DNA from: an uncultured Solobacterium sp.
GTDB lineage: Bacteria; Bacillota_I; Bacilli_A; Erysipelotrichales; Erysipelotrichaceae
Direction of reading: 5' to 3'
NCBI GenBank assembly: GCA_938036765.1
Contig: CALHWI010000119.1
Location: 5,964-69,963, forward strand
Length of the DNA: 64,000 nucleotides
Positions 37,086-47,643 of this stretch are shown here, in pieces. A program made the position numbers and the translations under genes. The first letter of the stretch is position 1; each line of letters begins with the position of its first letter. The notes under the pieces were generated by a model. The model saw only the letters and a program-made list of their open reading frames with translations, had not been told where the DNA came from and did not search any database.

Positions 37086-38281
37086 TATGAATTTAAGAAA
37101 GATTCTTTGAATTCTTTAAATGTACCATCTAAAATAGCTTGTCTAGCCTGTTCTGTAAGACGGATGATGAAGCGAAGATTATGCATGGAAGCTAGTTCAA
37201 AATATTTAGCAGATTCAGTACGATCTTGCGATTTCCATAGTCTTCTTAATTCGCCTAATGTGATTTTACTTTGACATGTAGGGCAATCACAATCTTCATC
37301 AATTAGCAAATCACTATCTCTATATTTAGATAAATTGATAGGTCCATGCATTGTATATAATCTTCCATGCCTTGCCTCTCTTGTGGGGGCAACACAATCA
37401 AATGTATCCGCTCCATTTTCAGTTCCAATTAAAATATCATCTGGATGGGATAAACCTAATAAGTGTCTTGGTTTATTTTCTGGAAGTTCTTCATTGCACC
37501 AAGTTAAAATATCGCCTAATGTTTCTTTCAAGAAAGCTCCGCCTAAGCCATAGCCATCAAAATCCATTTGTGCGTATTTTTTACAAGTAGATCTTCTCAA
37601 GTCTTCCCAACGACCACCTTGGATAACTCCATACAAAGATTGGTGATAGCCTAAATCATCACAATGTTTCTTATGTTCATCTAGACTTCTTTTTGCCCAA
37701 CGCTCAGTTCTTGCCAAGGATTCAACATTATATTCATATGTATCCGCTAAAGAAGTTAATTCATCATAAGCCATATGGATATCAGCTCCAATACGACATT
37801 GAATCTGCATACTTTCTTCAGGACCAATAAAATCTTCCTGTCCTGTAAATGGATCATGAAAGTGTACTCCATCTTCTGTGACATGAGCCAAACGTTTTTC
37901 TTCTTCGGTATTTTTCATGTTGTCTTCACGTTTCATGCTGACAACTTTTCCACAACCTGAACCTAAAGACATGACCTGAAATCCACCAGAATCTGTTAGA
38001 GTAGGACCATTCCATTTTGACCATGCAGATAAGCCTCCATTAGCGGCAATCTCAGGGGAAATGTTTCGTAAATGATATCCATTACTTAACATGGCTTGAG
38101 CATTGATGCTCTTTAATTCTTCCATAGAAACAAAACGAACTTCCCCATGTGTTCCCACACACATAAATGCCGGCGTTTTAATGTCTCCATGAGGTGTATG
38201 TATAATTCCGGCTCTTCCTAAATGGCCAGGAATTCTTTTTTCAATTTCAAAATAAAATTTATTGTCATTTTTATATTCCAT
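37070..38281 (-). CDS. tgt: Queuine tRNA-ribosyltransferase
   Basis: Full-length Tgt homology with zinc-binding CxCxxC...H (CDCPTC) near the C-terminus. Start ATG 38281 after GGAGG. Confidence 0.9.
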   Translation of the reverse strand: MEYKNDNKFYFEIEKRIPGHLGRAGIIHTPHGDIKTPAFMCVGTHGEVRFVSMEELKSINAQAMLSNGYHLRNISPEIAANGGLSAWSKWNGPTLTDSGGFQVMSLGSGCGKVVSMKREDNMKNTEEEKRLAHVTEDGVHFHDPFTGQEDFIGPEESMQIQCRIGADIHMAYDELTSLADTYEYNVESLARTERWAKRSLDEHKKHCDDLGYHQSLYGVIQGGRWEDLRRSTCKKYAQMDFDGYGLGGAFLKETLGDILTWCNEELPENKPRHLLGLSHPDDILIGTENGADTFDCVAPTREARHGRLYTMHGPINLSKYRDSDLLIDEDCDCPTCQSKITLGELRRLWKSQDRTESAKYFELASMHNLRFIIRLTEQARQAILDGTFKEFKESFLNSYYGNK

Positions 38282-38313
38282 AAATGCCTCCAACCCATTT
38301 ATTCTATCACATA

Positions 38314-38652
38314 TTAGCGTCGGCTTATATAAAAGATTATGCCAAGTATACTGATTATACCTGCAACATATCCGATGGATTGAATATTCATCAAATTAAT
38401 GGTTTGTCCTCCAATAAAAGATCCTAATCCAATACCTAGATTAAAGATGCCTGAAAAAATCGACATCGCAACAGAACTTGTATTTTCATCAGTTGCTAAC
38501 ATTGTTTCTGATTGACAAGCCACATTAAATGCAGTAGAGCTAGTTCTCCATACAATACACATCAAAGAGAATAGTGAAATTAAGATGAATCTCTTTCTGT
38601 TCTTATTGAAATTTGAGGACAATATACTTTTGCCGATTCTGGCAACATCCAA
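38314..38652 (-). pseudogene. Remnant of an MFS transporter gene (C-terminal about 110 aa only)
   Basis: Encodes only the last TM helices (GIGLGSFIGG...). No intact N-terminal part upstream. The 38653-38800 region is in other frames. Confidence 0.4.
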
Positions 38653-38850
38653 TAAAGAAAGTACAAATGTAATTGTTGTATTGGATAAGTTTGCCTCTTG
38701 CGATAAGTAGGGTTCAATATAGTTATAGGTAATATATAGTACGCACTAACAAACAATAAATATTTATCTTTCAAAAACAATTTTTATTTTGCCATAAGTT
38801 TTATTGAAAACCCCATTTTTTCTTTCTATAATATATATCGGTGATAATTT

Positions 38851-39426
38851 ATGAAGAAAACAATTTGGATAGCAACGAGCAATGCTCATAAGGTTGAAGA
38901 ATTTCAGACAATGTTGAAGGATTGTGATGTGAAATGTTTAAAGGATTTAGATCATAAAATCAATATTATTGAAGATGGAACAACTTTTGAAGAAAATGCA
39001 TTGATCAAAGCTCGTACATTATTTAACGAACTACATGAACCTGTCATTAGTGATGATTCAGGTTTAGAAGTGGATGCGATGGATAAAAAGCCTGGTGTTT
39101 ATTCGGCTCGTTTTTTAGGTGAAGACACGAGCTATGATATTAAGAATCAATATATTATAGATCAAGTGCAAGGAAAGACGCGTACAGCTCGTTATGTATG
39201 TGTGATTGCGTATATTGATGAAGAAGGAAAAGAACATGTGTATCGCGGTGAATGTGAAGGTTTGATCCATGATAAATTGGAAGGGGAAAATGGATTTGGA
39301 TATGATCCTATCTTCTATTATCCTGAATTTAAGACAACACTTGCCAGTGTGAGTGAAGAAAAGAAAAATAGTGTATCTCATAGAGGAATCGCTTTAGAAA
39401 AATTTTTGAAAGATTGGAGTAAATAA
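38851..39426 (+). CDS. rdgB: Non-canonical purine NTP pyrophosphatase (Ham1/RdgB family)
   Basis: ATSNAHKVEEF, SDDSGLEVDA, FGYDPIF motifs. Confidence 0.85.
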   Translation: MKKTIWIATSNAHKVEEFQTMLKDCDVKCLKDLDHKINIIEDGTTFEENALIKARTLFNELHEPVISDDSGLEVDAMDKKPGVYSARFLGEDTSYDIKNQYIIDQVQGKTRTARYVCVIAYIDEEGKEHVYRGECEGLIHDKLEGENGFGYDPIFYYPEFKTTLASVSEEKKNSVSHRGIALEKFLKDWSK

Positions 39427-39428
39427 GT

Positions 39429-39950
39429 ATGTTGCATGTTGTATTGTATGAACCGGAAATTCCACAAAATACAGGAAATATTATTCGAACTTGTATGGCG
39501 ACAGGTTCTCGTCTACATTTGATTGAACCATTAGGTTTTTCTTTGGATGAAAAACATTTGCGCCGTTCAGGAATGGATTATATTAAAGATGCCGATATTC
39601 ATATTCATAAAAATTGGGATGCGTTTGTAGCTGAAAATCCAAGTGAACATTATTATTTTATGACACGCTATGGAAAAAAAGCTCCAAGCGAATTTGACTT
39701 CACAAAAGAAGAGGGCGATGTTTATTTAGTACTTGGAAAAGAAAGTACAGGTGTAGATAAAAAGATCCTTCAAGCACATTTAGATACTTGTATGCGTCTT
39801 CCTATGGTCGCAAACGCAAGAAGCTTGAACTTATCCAATTGTGCTGCCATTATTGTGTATGAAGTGTTACGTCAACTTGATTATCCTGGACTTAGTACAC
39901 ATGAAGAGCTTAAGGGAGAGGATTGGCTTGAAAATCTTAAGGTCGATTGA
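39429..39950 (+). CDS. trmL: tRNA (cytidine/uridine-2'-O)-methyltransferase TrmL (SPOUT)
   Basis: VLYEPEIPQNTGNIIRTC N-terminus. 173 aa. Confidence 0.85.
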   Translation: MLHVVLYEPEIPQNTGNIIRTCMATGSRLHLIEPLGFSLDEKHLRRSGMDYIKDADIHIHKNWDAFVAENPSEHYYFMTRYGKKAPSEFDFTKEEGDVYLVLGKESTGVDKKILQAHLDTCMRLPMVANARSLNLSNCAAIIVYEVLRQLDYPGLSTHEELKGEDWLENLKVD

Positions 39951-39957
39951 TAAATGT

Positions 39958-40461
39958 ATGGATTCGTTTGAAAAACGAATCTTTCTTTTTATATTTTTTC
40001 TTTGTCTATATTGGTTGTGGCAGAATCTATGGCAGCTGATTCTGTTTGGCAAATTATTTTTTGTGTATGATTATGAAAGTTTATTTAACATACAGGCAAA
40101 ACTTAGTTCGTATGAATCTAGTGTTTTTATTCGTATCATATATTATGTGATTTCAAACCCAACATTGAATTTGTTAAGTTTAATTCGATGTATAAAATTA
40201 ATAGACATATTGGCTATTGCAGGCATTGTTTTATTGATAAAAAAGTGTCGAATTGTGGTTGTTTTTAATGGAATTAAATATGTTTGGGGCTTGTTTTGGA
40301 TCATAAAAGCATTACACTCAAAAAGTGTATATTTGGTAATTAATTGCTTAAAATGGCTTTCTTTAGGCCTTTTTATATGTGTTTTAATAAGTGTATGTAT
40401 ATGGTTGTATACGCTTGCAGAACTTATTGTTGATTTTAATAAAACTGTTCACGATTTATAG
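39958..40461 (+). CDS. Hypothetical polytopic membrane protein
   Basis: Hydrophobic 167-aa ORF. Start ATG 39958 chosen downstream of the trmL stop. No family recognised. Confidence 0.35.
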   Translation: MDSFEKRIFLFIFFLCLYWLWQNLWQLILFGKLFFVYDYESLFNIQAKLSSYESSVFIRIIYYVISNPTLNLLSLIRCIKLIDILAIAGIVLLIKKCRIVVVFNGIKYVWGLFWIIKALHSKSVYLVINCLKWLSLGLFICVLISVCIWLYTLAELIVDFNKTVHDL

Positions 40462-40666
40462 ACATTATTATACATTTCATAAATTATGTGCAATTTTTTA
40501 TAAAATCACATAATATACCATAATTCATATTTAAACCCTTTAAATAAAGGGCATTAAGAAAAATATTAAGAAATAAATTACTAAAAAGTGCAAACGAATT
40601 TTTATCGGAAATTTGCATCAAAAAAAAAACCTTGTTAAACTTCAGGTGTTGTAACGAAGAGGTGAT

Positions 40667-41911
40667 ATGATGAATTTTATCGAAAAACATAGTAAAATTT
40701 TAGCCGTAAGTCTATGTCTATTAACTTCAGGACCAATTGTTTCGACAATGTATGCTAAAGAAGTTCAACCTGGATGGCATGGTGAAGGCGCAGATCGTTA
40801 TTATATTTTAGAATCAAATCGTCAGACAGCGACTGGTTTAACAAAAATCGATACTCAACTTTATTATTTCAATAGTAAAGGAGAGATGCAGTTTGGATGG
40901 CAAACAGTTTCTGATCAAACTTATTATTTCAAAAAAGATGGAACTGCTGCTACTGGTACTGTTACAATTCAGGGTAGTGAATATAATTTCCAAAAAGAAG
41001 GTATCCTACTTCATGGATGGAGTGAAGATGGTAAATCATTCTATGATGAAAAGGGTAAAAAGACTTCAACAAATTGGGTTGAAGACAATGGTGTTAAATA
41101 TTATTTTGATGAAAATGGAAATTGTGTAACAGGATGGCAAGAAATTGAAGGCCAGGAATATTATTTTGGTTCAGATGGTAAGATGGCTACAGGTCAATTC
41201 GATGTAGACGGAACGACATATTTCACAGACTCAGATGGTGTGTTCCGTACAGGATGGCAAGTCATTAACGGTCAGGATTATTATTATGCAAAAAATGGTG
41301 AAGTTACAAAGAATCAAATTTTAGATATCGATGGTACTAAATGGGCATTCGATGAAAATGGTAACTTGATTAAAAATGCAGAAAAAGATGGATATAAAAT
41401 TGATGAAAATGGTGTTGCGACTGAAATAACTCCTGAACAAACTCAGACTCCAACACAAAATACAACTACAAGTACTCCAACACAAAATACTACTACAAGT
41501 ACTCCAGCTCAAAGTAGTACAACGAATACAAATACTACTCAAGCTCCAGTGCAAAACAATACTGGTAGTTCGACAAACAATAATTATGTACCATCAACTT
41601 CAAATGTGAATGCTTCAGCAATTGCTTCTGCAGCATTAGCACAGATTGGGGTTACACAAGATTGTACAATGTTAGTAACCAATTCTTTAAAGGCTGTTGG
41701 AATTAATTTCCACGGATGGCCAGAAGATTATTTGAGTTTAGGAACAATTACATCAAATCCAGTTCCAGGCGACATTATTGTATACTCAGGGCATGTTGCA
41801 ATTTATATTGGAAATGGAATGGCAGTTCATGGTGGATTCTACGGAAGCCAAACAGTAAAATATTCTGCTAATTGTGGTAATACAATACTTGGTTATGTTC
41901 ATATAGGTTAG
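40667..41911 (+). CDS. Secreted cell-wall-binding-repeat protein with Thr-rich linker and C-terminal NlpC/P60-like domain (paralog of 27429..28442)
   Basis: Signal peptide. Multiple GWQ...YYF repeats. TTSTPTQNTTTSTP linker. DCTM Cys and SGHVAIYIGNGMAVHG His motif. Confidence 0.7.
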   Translation: MMNFIEKHSKILAVSLCLLTSGPIVSTMYAKEVQPGWHGEGADRYYILESNRQTATGLTKIDTQLYYFNSKGEMQFGWQTVSDQTYYFKKDGTAATGTVTIQGSEYNFQKEGILLHGWSEDGKSFYDEKGKKTSTNWVEDNGVKYYFDENGNCVTGWQEIEGQEYYFGSDGKMATGQFDVDGTTYFTDSDGVFRTGWQVINGQDYYYAKNGEVTKNQILDIDGTKWAFDENGNLIKNAEKDGYKIDENGVATEITPEQTQTPTQNTTTSTPTQNTTTSTPAQSSTTNTNTTQAPVQNNTGSSTNNNYVPSTSNVNASAIASAALAQIGVTQDCTMLVTNSLKAVGINFHGWPEDYLSLGTITSNPVPGDIIVYSGHVAIYIGNGMAVHGGFYGSQTVKYSANCGNTILGYVHIG

Positions 41912-41979
41912 AATACAATTCTAGCCTTTTTTTTAACTTTTGTGGTAAAATCAATAATATATTTTCAAGGAGGTCTTGT

Positions 41980-43179
41980 ATGAACTATATTCAAACGCAA
42001 AAATTTAGCGATGTTTATGTTTCTTGTAAAACAATGATGCCTTTTAATCGAAACACAATTACTGCATTAAATATTCTTGTGTATATGATGAAGGCGAAAA
42101 CACAAAAGATGAATTCCAAGCAAAAACTTGCATCAACATTGAATCTAGCTTATGGAACGAAAGTATCCTATGGATTAACTTCTTATGGAGATTTAATTCA
42201 GGTAGATGTTCGTTTTCAATTTGTTCGTCCAGACTGGATTGAAGATGATAGTTATGTCAATAAAATCAAAGATATAATGGATCAAGTTCTTTACCATTCT
42301 GTGTTGGATGAAGAAAACTTTAAAGAATCAGTATATCTTTTGCAAAATAGATTGTTAGCACAGATGGATGATCCAGCTAATTTGTCGTGCATGTATGCAT
42401 TTGAAATGGCACATGAAAAACACTCTATTTCAATTCCTGTACAGGGAAGTTTAAAAGATTTAAATAAGCTAACATTGGAAGATGTGAAACAAGTTTATAC
42501 ATTATATATGGATATGGCGAAACACTTCTATATTTGTGGATACATAACACAAGATTTGTATGATTATATTGATTCATTAGATTCTCATTGTGCTTTTATT
42601 TCTGAAAGAACATTATTACCTAAAGTAGAGTCTAGTTATAAAATGTATGAAAAAGATATTTCGCAGACATGCATATCGCAAGTGTATTCTACTGGGGTAG
42701 ATATTTCTAGTCTTGATTATGAGGCAGAATTGATTTTAAATAGTATATTAGGACAAAGCCAAAAAAACTTGATGTTTGATGAAATTCGTGAAAAGAATAG
42801 CTTATGTTATTCGATTAACTCTTCTGTAATTCGCTTTGATGGCGCTTTATTGATTCATACGGGTGTGAATCGTAAGGATGTTAATAAAGTACTAAATTTG
42901 ATTGAAACACAAATTGATCGATTATTGAATATGGATTATGATGACTCTTATTTGGAAATAGCGAAAATGGATTTTAAAGATCGGATTATTAGTGGCTTAG
43001 ATAGACCTTTATCTTTGATTGCACAAGCTTTTTTAGATGATTTGTTGCATCGTGAGCTTACGACTGAACAAAGAATAGAGAGAATTATGCAGGTGACAAA
43101 AGAAGATATATCTCGTGTTGCCTTACAAATGAATCTGGCATCAGTTGCCATTGTTGCGGAGAAAGAAAATGAATTATAA
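41980..43179 (+). CDS. M16-family peptidase-like protein (probably non-catalytic subunit, no HxxEH)
   Basis: Insulinase-fold homology without the zinc motif. Paired with the next gene. Confidence 0.6.
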   Translation: MNYIQTQKFSDVYVSCKTMMPFNRNTITALNILVYMMKAKTQKMNSKQKLASTLNLAYGTKVSYGLTSYGDLIQVDVRFQFVRPDWIEDDSYVNKIKDIMDQVLYHSVLDEENFKESVYLLQNRLLAQMDDPANLSCMYAFEMAHEKHSISIPVQGSLKDLNKLTLEDVKQVYTLYMDMAKHFYICGYITQDLYDYIDSLDSHCAFISERTLLPKVESSYKMYEKDISQTCISQVYSTGVDISSLDYEAELILNSILGQSQKNLMFDEIREKNSLCYSINSSVIRFDGALLIHTGVNRKDVNKVLNLIETQIDRLLNMDYDDSYLEIAKMDFKDRIISGLDRPLSLIAQAFLDDLLHRELTTEQRIERIMQVTKEDISRVALQMNLASVAIVAEKENEL

Positions 43180-44422
43180 TTTGAATATAAAAAAAGAAAC
43201 ATTACCGAATGGCTTACAGGTTATTCTTGTTCATAAGCCAGATTATCAAAGATCTTTATTTCTTTTAGGAGCAAAAGTAGGGGGCTTTGATATTGATCAA
43301 AATGTAGATGGATCTATCGTACATCATAAAAGTGGATTGGCACATTATTTAGAACATCAAATGTTTTATTTGGATGGAGAAGATGTAAGTGAGTTATTTG
43401 CGAATTTACAATGCTCTACAAATGCCTATACATCCTATACAGAAACAGCATTTTATTTTTCGACAACGGTAGATGTGAAAAAACCATTGAAGTTGTTGTT
43501 GGAATTTGTAGAAAATTTAGATGTGACAGAAGATACGATTGAAAAAGAAAAAGGTATCATTTTGAGTGAATATGATATGTATCAACAATCACCAGAACAG
43601 CGTCTTTTCAAAGAAACATTAGTTTCGTTGTATAAATATCATCCGATGAAAGTGGATGTTCTTGGTTCGAAAGAAGATATTCAAAATATGAATATGGAAG
43701 ATTTAAAACAATTTTATGAATTGAATTATGATTCGAGTAAATTGTGCCTTGTTGGAGTAACTGGTAAAGATACAGATGATGTAATGAATTGGATAAAAGA
43801 ATGTCAAAAAGATGTTGTAAGTAAGTGTGATAAGAATATTTCACGAGTTTTTAAAACAGAGCCTGTGGAAGTGAATCGTCAAGAATATGTGGATACAATG
43901 GATATTCATCAGCCTTTTGTTTGCGTAGGCTTTAAAATGCTGCCTTGTACAAATAAAATCGAAGCGTTTGAGAAGGATTTTGCGGTAAATGTATGGCTTG
44001 ATTCTATTATGGGGCCATTGAATCCTCAATTTCAAGAATGGCTTGATCAAAGAGTCTTCACGCAGTTTGTTGGGGCAGAAGCCGATTTTACTATAGATCA
44101 TAGTTATGTTTTGTTTTATGCACAAACTTCAAATCCGGATGAGTTTATTGAACTTATAAAAAAACAAGTGACGAATCTAGAAATATCAAAGGATGATTAT
44201 CAGTCTTTGCATGCACAGGCTATTGCGAATAATTTGCGTGGATTAGATCACTTTGATGGTTTGGCTAATGACTTGTTGAGAAGTTATTTTGAGGAATATG
44301 ATTATCTAGATAGTTTAAATTGTATTCAAACTATGACTTTAGAAAAGGTGTTAGAATATATTAAGTCTTTAGACTTTTCAAATATATGTGTCACTAAAAT
44401 TCTTCCAAATGACTCTATTTGA
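43169..44422 (+). CDS. M16-family zinc peptidase (HxxEH present)
   Basis: AHYLEHQMF inverted zincin motif. Start ATG 43169 (MNYNLNIKK) after a GGAGAAAG SD. Overlaps the previous gene. Confidence 0.7.
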   Translation: MNYNLNIKKETLPNGLQVILVHKPDYQRSLFLLGAKVGGFDIDQNVDGSIVHHKSGLAHYLEHQMFYLDGEDVSELFANLQCSTNAYTSYTETAFYFSTTVDVKKPLKLLLEFVENLDVTEDTIEKEKGIILSEYDMYQQSPEQRLFKETLVSLYKYHPMKVDVLGSKEDIQNMNMEDLKQFYELNYDSSKLCLVGVTGKDTDDVMNWIKECQKDVVSKCDKNISRVFKTEPVEVNRQEYVDTMDIHQPFVCVGFKMLPCTNKIEAFEKDFAVNVWLDSIMGPLNPQFQEWLDQRVFTQFVGAEADFTIDHSYVLFYAQTSNPDEFIELIKKQVTNLEISKDDYQSLHAQAIANNLRGLDHFDGLANDLLRSYFEEYDYLDSLNCIQTMTLEKVLEYIKSLDFSNICVTKILPNDSI

Positions 44423-44596
44423 TCTAATTAGCTTGATTTTAATCAAATTAGAGGCTGTAAAACACGAAAATATGTAAAAAATAACGACCTATAGAGCAAA
44501 TAGGTCGTTTGTTTTATTATGGGCATATTTGTAGAATATTCTTGAAGAAGGATGGTGATGAAAATGGTGGTCAAATTTGAAGGAGGATAATTAATT

Positions 44597-44905
44597 ATGA
44601 ATGCGTTTAGTATTGTAGGAAAAATTACGGACATGCCAGTTTTAAAGGAAACAACAAATGGATTAAAGACTTGTGAACTTCCGATTTCTGTGCAGCGTAA
44701 CTTTCCAAATTCGGAAGGTATTTATGAAAATGATGATATGATCATTGAAGTATGGAGAGGTCTTGCGGAAACGGTTAGTGCCTCATGTAAAATTGGTGAT
44801 TATGTCGGTATTAATGGTCGTATTCATTCGCGTAAATACCAAAAGGATGAAAGAATATACTTAAACTATGGCTTTGTAGCTGAAAAAATCGATTTTTTAC
44901 GTTAG
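44597..44905 (+). CDS. Short single-stranded DNA-binding protein (SsbB-like OB-fold)
   Basis: 102 aa, OB-fold SSB pattern (IVGKIT...RNF...W.G...VNGRI). Lacks the acidic C-tail. Confidence 0.65.
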   Translation: MNAFSIVGKITDMPVLKETTNGLKTCELPISVQRNFPNSEGIYENDDMIIEVWRGLAETVSASCKIGDYVGINGRIHSRKYQKDERIYLNYGFVAEKIDFLR

Positions 44906-44992
44906 TAAAAAGAAGAAATACATGAATTATGAAAACACATCCACAAAAAAAGAAGCGATATAATTCGCTTCTTTCTTGTCTTATGTCTAAGA

Positions 44993-45601
44993 TTAACGGT
45001 TGTAGAATTCTACTACTAACAATTCGTTGATTTCTTGAGCTGTGAACAATTCTTTACGTTCTGGGTAACGAACATAAGTACCTTTTTTAGCATCTTTGTT
45101 AACTTCTACAAAATCAACAGTAGCTGTTGCAGCTTCTAAAGCTTCGTTGATTACGCTTAAGTTTCTAGCGCGTTCACGAATTTCGATAACTTGTCCTGGT
45201 TTTACTTGGAAACTAGGGATATCTACTTTCTTACCATCTACTAATACGTGTCCGTGGTTTACTAACTGACGGCTAGCACGACGAGTACGTGCAAATCCCA
45301 TACGATAAACGATGTTATCTAAACGAGATTCCAACATTACTAAGAAGTTTTCACCAGCAGAACCAGCTTTTTTACTTGCTTTTAAGTAAGTGTTGTAGAA
45401 TTGTTTTTCACTTAATTGGTAAGTGTGACGAATTCTTTGTTTTTCCTGTAATTGGATACCGTAGTTTGTTAATTTTGGACGACGAGCATTTCCGTGTTGT
45501 CCTGGAATAGTGTTACGACGAGTTAATTCTTCACCAGTTTCTAAAACTGAGAATCCAAGACGGCGTGACTTTTTCCAAACGCTTCCTGTGTTTCTTGACA
45601 T
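44993..45601 (-). CDS. rpsD: 30S ribosomal protein S4
   Basis: Unambiguous S4 sequence (MSRNTGSVWKKSRRLG...). 202 aa. Confidence 0.95.
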   Translation of the reverse strand: MSRNTGSVWKKSRRLGFSVLETGEELTRRNTIPGQHGNARRPKLTNYGIQLQEKQRIRHTYQLSEKQFYNTYLKASKKAGSAGENFLVMLESRLDNIVYRMGFARTRRASRQLVNHGHVLVDGKKVDIPSFQVKPGQVIEIRERARNLSVINEALEAATATVDFVEVNKDAKKGTYVRYPERKELFTAQEINELLVVEFYNR

Positions 45602-45867
45602 AATTTTTCCTCCTATTGTTTTATATCATTCACAAAACAATAACAGTACAAATCTTTAAAGGTTGTGTTGACAATGATACTTTCCGCTATCAGCTATTAG
45701 CTTACTCATATCGCTTATATAGGCTGTAACGCATTTCCTTTAACTTTGTATGCTGCTATCAATTTATGCTTATGTATCATATCAAAGAACATTAATAAAA
45801 TCAAGAAAATGATGCAATGATTTTGAAGTTTTGCTATAATAAGAATGGTTTGCAAGGAGGTACCACT

Positions 45868-47643
45868 ATGGATAGTGTTTTGAATTTCTTTCGATCAGTA
45901 TACGCATTTATAAAGAATCAACTTTCTGTGACTGTAATCATCTATCTTTGTATAGCAATTTTAGTCTTGATATTGATTTGGATCCTTATGCGTATGATCA
46001 AACGTAAAAAGGCGTCGAAACGACTTTCAGATCTTGAAATTGAAATGAATGAAATTCGTAACAATTCCTTGGCCTATAAATTCAACAAAGCATCTGCATT
46101 TGCTAGAGTGAACGACGATATCATGGATAAAGTAAAAAACTTAACTCCAAAATATGATACTTGTCAAAATAACTTAAGTGCATGTGATGATTTGTTTAAT
46201 GAAGCTGATGATTATGTTTCTAGACATCGTCTTCGCAAGTCTGTACGTGCAATGGATGATTTAGAAACAATGATGGATGAAACGAAAGAAAGAATTCGTA
46301 TTGTTACGCAATCTTTGGATCACATCCTAGCTCGTGAAACAGAAGTTCGTGAATCGGCAAATGCTTTAAAAGAGCGTTTTCGCAATGTAAAAACTGTTTA
46401 TCAAGATAATCGTTCTTCATTCTATGGATCTGTAAATTATGTGGATTCATGTTTAGAGGAGATTGAAAATGAATTCTCTAATTTCGAAGAATGGATGTTT
46501 GCTTCTGAATTTAATAAGGCAAAGGAAGAACAAGAAAAAATCTCAAAAATGGTGGATGAGATCAGCTCTAAAATTGCAGCCTTCCCTGGACTCTACGAAA
46601 AGGCCAAAAATGTACTGCCTCGTGCTATCAACGAAGTTCGTTTGCACATTAAGGAATTACAAGAAAAAGATATTGACTTATCTTATTTAGAACCAGAAGA
46701 AAAATTAACAACCATTCAAAATGCATTGGCAAGCTCAATTGATCAATTGGATGCTGGTGACTTTGAAGTGGCTCAAGAAAACTTGGAAGTCATTGGAGAT
46801 CACATTCTAGCTTTACAGGATGATGTGACAAATGAAAAACAGGCATATGAAGAAATTCATGTGAGTCTTCAATCAAATTTAGATATTGTTAATGTAATTG
46901 GTCAGGAACTTGAGGAAATCATGGCGCTTTATGCCAATATTAAAGATCGTTTTGGTCTAGAAGATTGGACACACCGCTTCTCTTTGGCACAAATTCAAAT
47001 GGAAGATTTAGAAGCTCGTCGTGATGAAATTCAAAAAGAATTGAAACAAAATCAACGTCCAAGCGTAGATGTAATTCATGGTTATCGTAAATTTTCAGAA
47101 GATGTTAATGAATTCCACGATCAAGTCAAGGATATGAAAGAGATGCTAGTGGGAGCAAGCAGTGATGAATCACGTGCTAAAAAACAATTAACTAAATTAC
47201 AGTTGATTTTAAATGAGGTGCGTCTAAATACAGTAACACGTCATTTACCTAGTATTTCATCTCAATTTTCTGCAGATTTAAAAGAAGGCGAACGCTTGAT
47301 TCAACGTGTTCGTGTCGTGTTGGATCACTCACCATTAGATGTACAAACATTAAATGCAGATTTGCAGGATGCCATCGACTTTGTGTATAAGTTATACAAT
47401 AACGCAAACAATTTAGTCGGTGTTGCCGTTATGGTAGAAAATGCGATTGTGTTTGGTAACCGTTTCCGTAGTACGCATGCACAAATGGATTCGGATTTAA
47501 CTCGTGCAGAGCTATGTTTCCAAAATGGAGAATATACTCGTGCACTTAAGATTGCAATTCAAGCAATCGAAAACATGCACCCAGGAATTTATGAGAAGTT
47601 AGTAGCTCAAAAAGATCCTGCTGTCATGAATCAGGTGCAGTAA
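45868..47643 (+). CDS. ezrA: Septation ring formation regulator EzrA
   Basis: N-terminal TM helix followed by about 560 aa of coiled coil. Size and architecture of EzrA. Start ATG 45868 after GGAGG. Confidence 0.75.
   Translation: MDSVLNFFRSVYAFIKNQLSVTVIIYLCIAILVLILIWILMRMIKRKKASKRLSDLEIEMNEIRNNSLAYKFNKASAFARVNDDIMDKVKNLTPKYDTCQNNLSACDDLFNEADDYVSRHRLRKSVRAMDDLETMMDETKERIRIVTQSLDHILARETEVRESANALKERFRNVKTVYQDNRSSFYGSVNYVDSCLEEIENEFSNFEEWMFASEFNKAKEEQEKISKMVDEISSKIAAFPGLYEKAKNVLPRAINEVRLHIKELQEKDIDLSYLEPEEKLTTIQNALASSIDQLDAGDFEVAQENLEVIGDHILALQDDVTNEKQAYEEIHVSLQSNLDIVNVIGQELEEIMALYANIKDRFGLEDWTHRFSLAQIQMEDLEARRDEIQKELKQNQRPSVDVIHGYRKFSEDVNEFHDQVKDMKEMLVGASSDESRAKKQLTKLQLILNEVRLNTVTRHLPSISSQFSADLKEGERLIQRVRVVLDHSPLDVQTLNADLQDAIDFVYKLYNNANNLVGVAVMVENAIVFGNRFRSTHAQMDSDLTRAELCFQNGEYTRALKIAIQAIENMHPGIYEKLVAQKDPAVMNQVQ

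Noticed and set aside
38580-38780. 66-aa minus-strand ORF upstream of the MFS fragment
   Set aside because: Different frame from the MFS remnant and no transporter-like sequence. Probably non-coding decay or promoter region for rdgB.
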